Below are positions 40,477 through 50,234 of a stretch of DNA of 64,000 nt, one piece after another. Position 1 is the first letter of the stretch; the number at the start of each line of letters is the position of its first letter. The notes below the pieces were generated by a model, which had not been told where the DNA came from, did not search any database, and saw only the letters and a list, made by a program, of their open reading frames with translations. The DNA is from an uncultured bacterium (lineage in GTDB: Bacteria > Babelota > Babeliae > Babelales > Vermiphilaceae), in the NCBI GenBank assembly GCA_963707655.1, contig OY970172.1, forward strand, positions 1 to 64,000. Direction: 5' to 3'. The translations under genes and the position numbers were made by a program.

Positions 40477-43182
40477 TTACCAGCCATAGCTCATGCCGAA
40501 ATGCACTTCATACGGACTTTCATTTGGGCGCGGATCAAGCTTAAAGCCGACATCAATTTTAATCGGCATTGGCTGCGTCAGGCGTATGCCGGCGCCAACA
40601 GCATGGCGATAATCAAAATTATTATTGACAAAGAATTGCGCATTTTGTGCATTTAGATACGGGTTATGCCAACCGGCGCCGCCATCGTAGAAAAATACAC
40701 CCTTAATGCTCATGTCTGGTTGGATAGGGAACAGGAGCTCGGCATTTACCCATAAGGTGTTGCTTGCCCCGACTGAGTCCCCTTGTGGACCAATTCTAAA
40801 GCGCGGGCTTATTTGGCCAAAGAGATAACCGCGTACGCTTGAAGGACCACCCACGTGAAACAATTCACCGTAAGGAATTAGTTTGTTTTTGAGTGGATAG
40901 GCAAAGCCAAGATAATTGTGCCAGTGGAAGATCAGATCATATTCCCCAATCAGCGGAGTGTACCAGTGGAAATCCCAATCAAATTTGCCGTAGCTCAAAG
41001 CACCGCTGACCGGAAAGCCAACATTGGTGCGGACTACCCATGCGTAACCACGACTTGGGTGCATAGGGTGATTTTTCTTTTCCTGGCCCAAGACAACCCC
41101 GATCCAACCCAGAGAGCCGGGGGCGAAGAGTTTTTGCAGCATTGCATTATATTGCAACGCACCCAGAGCAAGATTTGTTAGTAGTGCAGGATCTTCATTT
41201 ATCACCGGTTGGGGCACGTTGACGTATGATATGCCGTCAAGTCCCAGGTTAAAACGCATAAAGATATCAGTAAAATATAATTGTTTAAACACTTTTACAA
41301 AGCCGGTGGTGAGTGATCCGCCGGTGCGTATTTCATTAATGGCATTGGTGAGTTGAAACTCTTCATATCCGGTGCGTTTGTGGTACGCATCAAAAGCGGC
41401 CATGATTGGTTTATCAAAGAGCCATGGCTGTGTAATGTTGAGGCCAAACGTTTTTTCTGATTTTGCAAAGCGGCCGGCAAGGTTCACGCTCACCCCATAG
41501 CCCATAAAATTGGTGTCATTCACGTTCAGTTCTGCAGACATCGCATCGGCCGGCGAAGTAATATTTGCGGTACCGCCATAGCCCAGCTGCATAGAAGCAT
41601 GTCCTGTTTTTGCCTCTTTAACGATCATGTCCAGATCTGCCAGATTTTCATCAATGCGGTTAATTTTCCAGTTAACTCCATCTCGCACTTCAAAGTATCC
41701 CAGGCTCTCAATGCGGCTTTTTGATTCTTCCATAAAATTATTGGTAATCAGCTCACCTTCAGTGAGTAGTATTGAGCGGCGAATAATTTTATCGCGCGTT
41801 TTTTTGTTGCCGATAATGTTGATACGGTTGAGATACACTTGCTCGCCAAGGTCTTGCACAAAGCTAATATTCACCGTTTTTGTGCTTGGGTCAGGTAGTA
41901 TCGACGGCTCAATAGAGGCAAAAATATAGCCGCGGTTTCCCCAAAAATATTCAAGCATTTTAATGGAATCTACCACCTGGTCGCGTGAATAGATGCAGCC
42001 CGGCTTGAGCGGTATCCAGTTAAGCAAGGTTTGCGCGCTGACATCGCCGGCACTTTCTACACTTACTTCACCAACGGTATAACGCTCCCCTTCATCAATC
42101 TCAAAAACAAGCGTGATATTTTTGCATTCATCAAAATCAACCCGAACATCGATTACTTTGGCGCTGATGTAGCCTTCGTTTTGATACATTTGTTCAATCA
42201 TGTGGCGATCGGCAGCAATACGTTCAGGCTGATAAATGCCGGATTGATCAAGAAAGCCAAGGAGCCAGTCTTCACGTGAGAATATAACTGAGCGCAATTT
42301 TTTGCCGCTCATATTGTTGTTGCCGGTAAACTGAATGCGCTTTACCAATGATTTGGGATATTCACGAAAAGTAAAGGTTGCCGTTGCTTTATCTTCTTCA
42401 TCAAGGGTGAGTTGTGAATCGATATCAACAACCGTGTATCCTTTATCTGCATATAATTTTTTAATTTTTTTGCTTATTACCTTGAGCTCTTCCGGATCAA
42501 TCGCCGGCATTTGTGAGAAAGGAATTTTTGCTAAAATGTCTTTGGTAGCTATTTGCGAGTTGCCCACTAACTGATAATCTTTGAGAATTTTTTTTTCTTC
42601 TACAATAATATAAAGATTTAATTCATCCTCACCAATTGGTTCCACGTCGATTTCAATAAATCTGAAGCGTTTTAAATCATGATAGAGTCGTTTGATCAGT
42701 TCGCCGGTTTTTGACGGATCAAAGAGGGCCCCTTTCTGGAAAGAGACACGCGTTAAGATGGCAGCAGTGGGCACTTGTTTGTTGCCCTGCACAATAATAT
42801 CTTTAATGCGTCTGTTTTTCAGTTGCGCAAGAGCGGGATTGCTCATGGTTGCTGATTGCGGTGTGTTTGCCTGTTCTTCTTCTTGATCGTATTCATCTTC
42901 GCTGAGCAATCGTAAATCTTCTTCATCTTCTGGAGCATCGGGTGCGCTGTGAGTTTCTGTTGCGTCGGTTGTGTTATCGCTTTCCGTCTCATTCACTGCA
43001 TTGTCAGCTGGCAAAGGTTCATTGATAGATGCATTCTTTTCATCGTCGTAAATTAATTCTTCCGCTACCATTGCGCTGGTGGCTGCTTGCAGAGCATCTT
43101 CATCTGCATAAATAAAAGTGCAGCAGAGCAAGAAGATAATCCCCAAGCGGGCTGTCTGTGTGTTGTTTTGTTTCGATTTCAT
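40477..43182 (-). CDS. bamA: Outer membrane protein assembly factor BamA
   Basis: POTRA repeats (I.VQGNK, IQFTGN, INIIGNKKTRDKIIRR), VGG..SVRGY loop-6 motif, aromatic C-terminus. Confidence 0.93.
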   Translation of the reverse strand: MKSKQNNTQTARLGIIFLLCCTFIYADEDALQAATSAMVAEELIYDDEKNASINEPLPADNAVNETESDNTTDATETHSAPDAPEDEEDLRLLSEDEYDQEEEQANTPQSATMSNPALAQLKNRRIKDIIVQGNKQVPTAAILTRVSFQKGALFDPSKTGELIKRLYHDLKRFRFIEIDVEPIGEDELNLYIIVEEKKILKDYQLVGNSQIATKDILAKIPFSQMPAIDPEELKVISKKIKKLYADKGYTVVDIDSQLTLDEEDKATATFTFREYPKSLVKRIQFTGNNNMSGKKLRSVIFSREDWLLGFLDQSGIYQPERIAADRHMIEQMYQNEGYISAKVIDVRVDFDECKNITLVFEIDEGERYTVGEVSVESAGDVSAQTLLNWIPLKPGCIYSRDQVVDSIKMLEYFWGNRGYIFASIEPSILPDPSTKTVNISFVQDLGEQVYLNRINIIGNKKTRDKIIRRSILLTEGELITNNFMEESKSRIESLGYFEVRDGVNWKINRIDENLADLDMIVKEAKTGHASMQLGYGGTANITSPADAMSAELNVNDTNFMGYGVSVNLAGRFAKSEKTFGLNITQPWLFDKPIMAAFDAYHKRTGYEEFQLTNAINEIRTGGSLTTGFVKVFKQLYFTDIFMRFNLGLDGISYVNVPQPVINEDPALLTNLALGALQYNAMLQKLFAPGSLGWIGVVLGQEKKNHPMHPSRGYAWVVRTNVGFPVSGALSYGKFDWDFHWYTPLIGEYDLIFHWHNYLGFAYPLKNKLIPYGELFHVGGPSSVRGYLFGQISPRFRIGPQGDSVGASNTLWVNAELLFPIQPDMSIKGVFFYDGGAGWHNPYLNAQNAQFFVNNNFDYRHAVGAGIRLTQPMPIKIDVGFKLDPRPNESPYEVHFGMSYGW

Positions 43183-43365
43183 TGCTATAAGCTCCCGGGC
43201 TTGTTTCTATCTCGTTTTTGTTTATCATTTTTTGGCGAGAGTATTCTCTCTTAAAGTAAGATTAGGATACTCTTTTTTTTGAAATTGGCCAGCACCTGTA
43301 AACTTATAAAAAATGCGGTATGCTTGTTCAGTAGCTCAAATTTATTATCTATGAAGAGATCACGT

Positions 43366-44691
43366 ATGAAAATTACTAATACCTTGTCGGGTCAAAAAGA
43401 GATTTTACAAACATATACTGATAAACAAGTGAAGATGTATGTTTGCGGTATTACTCCCTATGATTATGCGCATGTTGGCCATGGGCGCTGTTATGTTACT
43501 TTTGATCTGCTTGGTCGCGTGTTGAAGAGTATTGGTTATTCGGTCACCTATTGCCGCAATTACACCGATATTGATGATAAAATTTTATCCCGTGCAGCGG
43601 CGCAACTGGGTTCAGCGGCGCAGTATCATGAAATCACCAAAACTTTTATTGCTGCATTTCAAGAAGATATGCAAAAACTCAACTGCATCGCTCCTCACAT
43701 CGAGCCACGCGTTACCGATAATATTGATATTATTCTTACCTTTATTTCAAAGTTGGTTGATGCGGGCAAGGCATATGTGGTTAATGGCGATGTTTATTAT
43801 GATGTTTCCACTTTCCCGTCTTACGGCAAGCTTTCAAAACAAAAATTAAACGAGCTGCGCGTTGGCGCGCGTGTTGACGTGCGTGAAGATAAAAAAAGCC
43901 CGCTCGATTTTGCGCTGTGGAAAAAAGAAACAGACGGTGAGTTTTGGAAAAGCCCATGGGGCTACGGCCGTCCCGGTTGGCACATTGAATGTTCTGCCAT
44001 GGCGGCACATTACCTGGGGGAACAAATAGACATTCATGCCGGCGGTGCAGATCTTATTTTTCCGCATCATGAAAATGAAATTGCCCAATCTGAAGGGCTC
44101 TTTGAAAAGCAATTTGCAAAGTATTGGGTGCATAATGGCTTTGTAATGATCAACAAAGAAAAGATGTCAAAATCGCTCAACAATTTTTTTACCTTGCGTG
44201 ATGTTTTTGCCCAATTTGACCCCATGGTGGTCCGCTTTTATATTTTAAATCATCATTATCGTTCACCGCTTGATTTTTCGTTTGATGATTTAGCAGCGCT
44301 TCAAAAAAGCTATCAACGTTTGTGCAAATTTTTTGTCTCTGTTGGTTCCGCGCCTGAGCAATTGAAGCATGGTTCGGCCGTGGTAGCGCAGATGTTAGAC
44401 TTTTTGCGTGATGATCTGAATACATCAGGCATGTGGGGAGTGTTGTTCGATTCATTGCCCCTGCTGCAAAAAGATGCGCATGAAGCAGCTGCCGTGAAAG
44501 AATTTTTGCATAATACCCTTGGCCTGGCGCTGCTGCCGTTGCCTGAAAAAGAAGTGGCAATCACCCCTGAAATAGAAAAACTGCTTGCCGAGCGAGAGCA
44601 AGCGCGTGTGGCAAAAGATTGGGCCCGTGCCGATGCACTGCGCGATCAGCTGGCTGCGCTGGGGTATGCCCCAAAAGACAAAAAAATATAG
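43366..44691 (+). CDS. cysS: Cysteine--tRNA ligase
   Basis: MYVCGITPY, HVGH, DFALWK, GRPGWHIECS, FPHHENE, KMSKS. Confidence 0.98.
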   Translation: MKITNTLSGQKEILQTYTDKQVKMYVCGITPYDYAHVGHGRCYVTFDLLGRVLKSIGYSVTYCRNYTDIDDKILSRAAAQLGSAAQYHEITKTFIAAFQEDMQKLNCIAPHIEPRVTDNIDIILTFISKLVDAGKAYVVNGDVYYDVSTFPSYGKLSKQKLNELRVGARVDVREDKKSPLDFALWKKETDGEFWKSPWGYGRPGWHIECSAMAAHYLGEQIDIHAGGADLIFPHHENEIAQSEGLFEKQFAKYWVHNGFVMINKEKMSKSLNNFFTLRDVFAQFDPMVVRFYILNHHYRSPLDFSFDDLAALQKSYQRLCKFFVSVGSAPEQLKHGSAVVAQMLDFLRDDLNTSGMWGVLFDSLPLLQKDAHEAAAVKEFLHNTLGLALLPLPEKEVAITPEIEKLLAEREQARVAKDWARADALRDQLAALGYAPKDKKI

Positions 44692-44699
44692 CAATTTTA

Positions 44700-45059
44700 G
44701 CCCTTACGCAGGGCAGATGCGGCAAGTTGTGGTCTTGTCACCACCCTTGCAACCCAGACATTTAAAACCGTGGTTTTAAATATTCCCTTAAAACGCGTCA
44801 AATAGTCCACACAAAATTTTAAAAAAATTTTTTAATGGCCAGTGACGCTTCAGGGATTTTGATTTTATTTTTTCTGTTGTTCACAAAATTTTTGAAGAAA
44901 TCCGGTAGTTTCACCGAGGCCCGTAACGATTTCTTCTGGAAATTGTGTGTGGCCGACATTGAAACGGGGGGAAGAAGATTCTTAAGATGTTAATCTTAAG
45001 CGTGCGAAGTTCAGAAGGGGTCACGAAACCCCTTCTGGCGCTGTGCCCTGCGTAAGGGC
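44700..45059. repeat. 360-bp non-coding element bounded by perfect 16-bp inverted repeats (MITE-like or structured ncRNA)
   Basis: gcccttacgcagggca (44700-44715) and tgccctgcgtaagggc (45044-45059); internal hairpins and cacaaaatttt direct repeat. Confidence 0.55.
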
Positions 45060-45073
45060 AATAAAAGCTTTTA

Positions 45074-45394
45074 TTATCCAAGATAGCTAATAATTTTTTT
45101 GCGAAGTTCTTCTTTATCAATATACCCTATCTCGCGGCCTTTTATCTGATTGTTTTTGATAAACAGAAATGTTGGCGCAGAGGTAATACCATATTGAATA
45201 GAAAGATCACGCGCTTCATCAACATTGAGTTTTAAGAATTTATATTCGGTGCCCATTTCTTCTTCCAGTGCTGCAAAAATTGGCTCCATCATTTTGCATG
45301 GACCGCACCAGCTTGCATAGACATCGAGTACGATTGGTTTTGTTTCCTGTTCAACTTCCTGGGCAAAATTTGCCTTGGTAATGTGGGTTGCCAT
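45074..45394 (-). CDS. trxA: Thioredoxin
   Basis: WCGPC, 106 aa. Confidence 0.95.
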   Translation of the reverse strand: MATHITKANFAQEVEQETKPIVLDVYASWCGPCKMMEPIFAALEEEMGTEYKFLKLNVDEARDLSIQYGITSAPTFLFIKNNQIKGREIGYIDKEELRKKIISYLG

Positions 45395-45482
45395 AGGTAT
45401 CCTTAATGATAGTTATTTAAAAAGATCTATTGCGTTCTAGAATAACAAAAAAAGAGCGGTATGCTGATTTATTTTTCTGTGA

Positions 45483-45527
45483 AGAGGCAGAGTGCGGCAC
45501 TTGATGCGTTGCCCCGCCTCTGCCTCT
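45483..45527 (-). terminator. Hairpin downstream of the S74 adhesin gene
   Basis: agaggcagag...ctctgcctct inverted repeat. Confidence 0.55.
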
Positions 45528-45552
45528 AATAATGTATAGCCTCTTTAGCTGC

Positions 45553-47184
45553 TCAAAGAGAACCGTTGCCTATTTTTTGCTCAAGCGCTTCTATTTTTGC
45601 ATTAAGCAGCGCGTATTGCTCGCTATGTTGTTGCTTCAAAATCTGAATCTCTTCTTGCTGCTCTTGCCAGCCTTTAAGGAGCAATGCATGCAGTTGGCTA
45701 TAGCGCACCGTTTCAACCGCGCCGTCTTGATTATGTACCACCAATTCGGGGTACACGCTCAGCACATCTTCTGCAATTAAGCCATATTGTTTTCTGTTGT
45801 CCGCATCGGTTTTATAGGTAAACTGCACCGGCTCCAATTGCATCAGTTGATCGCTTATTTCAGGCAATGATTCAATATTATCTTTATAGCGCCGTGAAGA
45901 TGAGGGGTTAATGAGTTGTCCGCTCGTAGTAATCTCTACGGTTGTTCCTGCCCCAACAACGCCGCTAATACCAAAAATATAGCAGGCAGTATTATCACTG
46001 TTGCCTATGTAAATGGTGTTATTATCGGTAGGTTGTCCTGCATTGTTAATGTATATGTTGTTGCCGTTCGCCAAGCTAGTATTATTTGATCCTGCTCCAT
46101 TGCTTCTGCTGACATCAAAACCAAGAACGGTTGAATTGCTTCCTCCTGCTGTTGCTGCGGTCCCAAGAGCAATGGAATTGCTTCCTGTTGCTGCTGGCAA
46201 AAAGCCAAGAGCAATGGAATTGAATCCGAATGCAACTGATCCCGCGCCTATGGCAACAGAGTTTTCTCCTGATGAGGTTGCGCGATTGCCCATGGCAATA
46301 GAGTTGCCTCCCGATGCACTCGATCCTAAGCCAAAAGCGCTGTCAGTGCCTCCTGATGCGGTTGTGCCGGAACCAACGGCAGTGTTGCCATTGGCATCGG
46401 TCACGATCAGCAGCATGGTAGTGCCACTGCCTGAAAATAATACTGTTCCGCCGGCTTGTGGGGATGCTTGGAATTTTACCGTTGCACCGGTTACGCTACC
46501 TTCATCGCCGTCAATAGAAGCGCTGCCGCCCACCGTCACCAATCCACCTGGGCCAACAATTAAAGGACTGCCCACAAATGGAGACAGATAAGAGAGGGTA
46601 AGGCTATCGACTACGGTTAAGTTATCTACCGTCAAATTTTCTATAGTCTCATTTTCAACAACAATAGTGCCGACGGTCAGATTCGTAAATACTGCACTGC
46701 CATCAACTAAAAATGCAGGGTTGCCCTGCGGATCATCAATCACTACCGGGCCGTAAAAAACTGCCGGTGTGCTGTAAGGGCGCACACGCGTTGCTGTTTC
46801 ATCTATGAATTCGCTTTCATCACCCATTAATGATTGATAATAAGCCCGTATGGCTTCTTGAATATGGCACAGCGTTTTGTTCTGTGTATCATCCATCGTG
46901 TAGTGAGTATTGATTTCATCAACCATGGCCATTGCTTCTTGCAGTGCCTGTTCCATGGCTTCTTTTTCCAATGTGTTATCTTGGCAGATCGCGGCAAATG
47001 CCGCGGGTGCGGTGCAATCACCATGTAATTCTCTGACTAGAGCGTGCAATTGCATTGCCGCGTGGCGGATATCGGCGCACATTTTTTCTTTTTGTAGGCA
47101 TTCTTGGGTTGGCTCCTGCGCATCGTGGGCAAGGGTTGTACAGAGCGCTACGCTCATGAGCGTAGCAATAAGAAATTGCTTCAT
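45553..47184 (-). CDS. Exported fibre/adhesin protein with YadA-head-like repeats and C-terminal peptidase S74 intramolecular chaperone
   Basis: Signal peptide; 14-aa repeats (NSIAMG..ATSSG, NSVAIG, NSIALG); SSRRYKDNI...L.PVQFTYK...YGLIAEDV..VYPELV; terminal coiled coil. Confidence 0.85.
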   Translation of the reverse strand: MKQFLIATLMSVALCTTLAHDAQEPTQECLQKEKMCADIRHAAMQLHALVRELHGDCTAPAAFAAICQDNTLEKEAMEQALQEAMAMVDEINTHYTMDDTQNKTLCHIQEAIRAYYQSLMGDESEFIDETATRVRPYSTPAVFYGPVVIDDPQGNPAFLVDGSAVFTNLTVGTIVVENETIENLTVDNLTVVDSLTLSYLSPFVGSPLIVGPGGLVTVGGSASIDGDEGSVTGATVKFQASPQAGGTVLFSGSGTTMLLIVTDANGNTAVGSGTTASGGTDSAFGLGSSASGGNSIAMGNRATSSGENSVAIGAGSVAFGFNSIALGFLPAATGSNSIALGTAATAGGSNSTVLGFDVSRSNGAGSNNTSLANGNNIYINNAGQPTDNNTIYIGNSDNTACYIFGISGVVGAGTTVEITTSGQLINPSSSRRYKDNIESLPEISDQLMQLEPVQFTYKTDADNRKQYGLIAEDVLSVYPELVVHNQDGAVETVRYSQLHALLLKGWQEQQEEIQILKQQHSEQYALLNAKIEALEQKIGNGSL

Positions 47185-47351
47185 TCGGCTCCTTTTTTAG
47201 AGAATGAGAATGGTTATTATTGCACTATGAAAAAATAGTAATAATAAAAAGAAGGCATTGTAAAGTGATTGATAAAAATCTGGACAATAGATACGCGCTT
47301 TATCTATGTTAAACATCAAGATGATAGCTTAACAAAGAAGGAGAAGAGAAT

Positions 47352-48053
47352 ATGATGCGCAGTGGAACAGATGATAAAGGATACTTGGTTCGTATACAAG
47401 ATCTGATGTATCGCGTGTATGGATGGATGTTTACGGGCCTTAGCGTAACGGCAGCAACCGCCTATTTTGTGGCAACATCGCCAAAATTGATTGCCGCTTT
47501 GTATGCCGGTTGGTTGCCCCTGCTGCTCATAATGATAGTGCAGTTTGCTTTGGTATTTGCGCTGAGTGCTTTTTTATCGCGTCTGAGTTTTCCTGTTGCG
47601 GCGGCATTGTTTCTGCTCTTTTCTGTGAGTGTGGGAGCCACGATGGCTTCTATTTTTCTTGTGTTTACGGCATCATCAATTTTTGTGAGCTTTTTGGTGG
47701 CGGCATCCATGTTTGGGGCCATGTCATTATACGGTTACCTAACATCTGCCGATCTTTCAAAAATGGGCAGCATCCTACTTATGGGGTTGGTTGGTATCAT
47801 TATAGCATCTTTGATAAATCTATTTGTGAAGAGCTCTCGCGTTGATATGATCATCTCTTTTGTTGGGGTAATTATTTTTACACTCTTGACCGCATATGAT
47901 ACACAAAGAATAAAGCAAATTGCACAACAATTAAGTGCCGATCATGAGATGATGGGCAAAATTTCTTTATTCGGTGCCCTCGCTTTGTACCTCGATTTTA
48001 TTAATCTGTTTCTTTTTCTCCTTCGGTTTTCAGGCACGCGTAGATCGGAATAA
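47352..48053 (+). CDS. Bax inhibitor-1/YccA (YbhL) family membrane protein
   Basis: 7 TM, VYGWM, TAYDTQRIK, ALALYLDFINLF. Confidence 0.92.
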   Translation: MMRSGTDDKGYLVRIQDLMYRVYGWMFTGLSVTAATAYFVATSPKLIAALYAGWLPLLLIMIVQFALVFALSAFLSRLSFPVAAALFLLFSVSVGATMASIFLVFTASSIFVSFLVAASMFGAMSLYGYLTSADLSKMGSILLMGLVGIIIASLINLFVKSSRVDMIISFVGVIIFTLLTAYDTQRIKQIAQQLSADHEMMGKISLFGALALYLDFINLFLFLLRFSGTRRSE

Positions 48054-48084
48054 AAATATACTTAAAAAAAGAAGGTAAAATAGC

Positions 48085-50139
48085 ATGAAAATTAATATTC
48101 TTGTATTGCTCTTGTTTGCCACCGGGTTTGGTAGCGTGGATGCGCGCTTTCGCGAACGGGGCAAATCAGCCGGTGCCGCTTCAAAAAGTAAGTTTTTTTT
48201 GGCAACACATATGGACGTACCACAAGAAAGTTCTGATGAAAATGGGGCCGATGCGTCACCGGAGCAATCGGCAGAAGCGCCACAAGCAGGAGAAGCAGCA
48301 GTGGCTCCTGAACAGTTAGCAATAAACGAGCCACCGGTAGAAGCAGGCGTAGCCAATCAGCCGCCGATGGAAACACCGTCTCATACGCGAATCATACCGC
48401 CTGTGTATGTAGAGCATGATAGCCAGGCAGCTTCAGCGATGCCCATTTCAGCGGCGCCTGTTGCAGCTGTTGAAAAAAACGAGAATTTAGAAAAAACATC
48501 TCCCGTTCAGGTAGCCTTGGCAGAATCGGGCGGCTTTATTAATGAATCAAAAATGAATCTTGATAATAATCCTGAAATCTTGGAGCTTCTTGCCAAGAGC
48601 AATGTGGGATTTGACGTAGCAAAAAAACAAAAGCAAGTACAAGCATTGGTTGATAAAGCAATAACGTTTTTTAATGACCACACATTGGATGAATGTTGTC
48701 ATGAATTTGTTCAGGGAAAAGCATTTCTTGAAGGAGAATTGTATATTTTTCTTCATGATTTGCAGGGCAATACTTTTGCCAATGGGTATCATTATGAGTA
48801 TGTCTGGAGAAATTTGTGGGACCTCAAGGACCAGTTTAATACCTACATAATCCAGGAATTAATTAAGACAGCCAAAGAAAAAAGAGATTGGGTGACCTAT
48901 TATTGGTATGGCGCGACCAAAGTTTCATATGTAAAAGAAGTAGTAAAAAATGGTAAATCATACGTAATCGGCTCCGGCTATTATTCTCATTCAAAAGATG
49001 ATCAGGTAGTTGCTTTAGTAAAGGGAGCGGTAGCGCTCTTTAATCTGCTGGTTAACAAGCAGGGGTATCCGGCGGAAGAGGCTTTTAGCTCATTTAGTTA
49101 TCCTTTGGGTCGTTTCGTGTTTGGTGATTTGTATATCTATGCGCTTGATTTTCAGGGAATGCAGGTTGCCCATGGGGATCGTCCCGGATTAATTGGTACC
49201 AATGCGTGGCAATACCAAGATGCAAAAGGCACATACGTGAATCGGGAGATTGTTAAAAAGCTTAAAGAATCAAGTTACGGCGGTGTATGGGTAGAGTATG
49301 TTTCCAAGGGAGCGCCCAAACTGGCATATGCTGAAAAAGTGGTTGATGAAAAGAAGAAAATTGAATATTTCATTGCCTGCGGTTATTACCCAACAGCAAC
49401 GCGTGCGCAAGCGATAGATTTGGTTAAGCGCGGTTATGAATATATGAAACGCCAAGGCAAAACCCGTGCAGTAGAAGCCTTTAGCTCCAAGCGAGATGAT
49501 TCATTTCGCTTTGGTGACCTTGCTTTATATGCGTACACTACCAAAGGAGTGAGCATTGCCGATGGGACAAATGCCGAGATTATCGGTACCAATCAATGGG
49601 ATTGGAAAGATGAAGATGGAGTTTTGTATATCCAAGAAATTATTAAAAAGGCACAAGAGGGCGGTGGTTGGGTGAATGTGAGAATAAGAAATTCATTTGA
49701 ATCATTGTACATTGAGCCCATAGAATTAGGATTAGAGAAATATGTTATATTAACTTCATTTTTCCCTATATCAAAGAAAGAAACAGCACTGCTCTTGGTC
49801 AAGAGCGCCGTAAGTATTCTCAAATCGAATACAGAAATGGAAGCTATGCGTGCCTTTACGCAACCCGGTTCATTTCTGCGGGGTGATTTATTTATTACCG
49901 TGTATGATTCAGAGGGAATATGTCTTGTGCATGGGGAAAATTATGATGATATTTGGAAGAATATGCTTGATGTTAAAGACGAGAACGGCAAGCCCTATGT
50001 GCGCCTCTTGATCAATGAAGTAAAGCGTGGCCCGGTGCAATTAACCTATACATTGCGTGGAGCACAAAAAACAGTTTTTGCTGAGCAAGTGGTGAAAGAG
50101 GACAAGACATACACTGTAGTCTGTGGCTACTATTTATAA
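48085..50139 (+). CDS. Exported multi-Cache-domain protein (about four sCache_2-like repeats)
   Basis: Four repeats of A..LV.KA....., GELYIF/GDLYIY/GDLALY/GDLFIT, N.W..KD..G, GWV.Y, GYY; no TM or kinase/MCP output domain. Confidence 0.8.
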   Translation: MKINILVLLLFATGFGSVDARFRERGKSAGAASKSKFFLATHMDVPQESSDENGADASPEQSAEAPQAGEAAVAPEQLAINEPPVEAGVANQPPMETPSHTRIIPPVYVEHDSQAASAMPISAAPVAAVEKNENLEKTSPVQVALAESGGFINESKMNLDNNPEILELLAKSNVGFDVAKKQKQVQALVDKAITFFNDHTLDECCHEFVQGKAFLEGELYIFLHDLQGNTFANGYHYEYVWRNLWDLKDQFNTYIIQELIKTAKEKRDWVTYYWYGATKVSYVKEVVKNGKSYVIGSGYYSHSKDDQVVALVKGAVALFNLLVNKQGYPAEEAFSSFSYPLGRFVFGDLYIYALDFQGMQVAHGDRPGLIGTNAWQYQDAKGTYVNREIVKKLKESSYGGVWVEYVSKGAPKLAYAEKVVDEKKKIEYFIACGYYPTATRAQAIDLVKRGYEYMKRQGKTRAVEAFSSKRDDSFRFGDLALYAYTTKGVSIADGTNAEIIGTNQWDWKDEDGVLYIQEIIKKAQEGGGWVNVRIRNSFESLYIEPIELGLEKYVILTSFFPISKKETALLLVKSAVSILKSNTEMEAMRAFTQPGSFLRGDLFITVYDSEGICLVHGENYDDIWKNMLDVKDENGKPYVRLLINEVKRGPVQLTYTLRGAQKTVFAEQVVKEDKTYTVVCGYYL

Positions 50140-50178
50140 TAAGCAGATAACTGATTATATTTCAGCGAGTAAAGCAAG

Positions 50179-50208
50179 AAAGGGGCCGCGATAATCGCGG
50201 CCCCTTTT
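50179..50208. terminator. Bidirectional intrinsic terminator
   Basis: aaaggggccgcga-taa-tcgcggcccctttt between convergent genes. Confidence 0.85.
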
Positions 50209-50234
50209 ATCTGATCAGAATAGCGTGAGAAAGA

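Noticed and set aside
44790..44960. oriC or dif site in the cysS-trxA gap
   Set aside because: Only mismatched DnaA-box-like 9-mers (ttgttcaca, tagtccaca) and no XerC/XerD consensus; insufficient support.
45553..47184. Prophage, suggested by the S74 tail-fibre chaperone domain
   Set aside because: The gene has a Sec signal and is flanked by trxA and a YccA-family gene; no phage structural or integrase genes are in the window.
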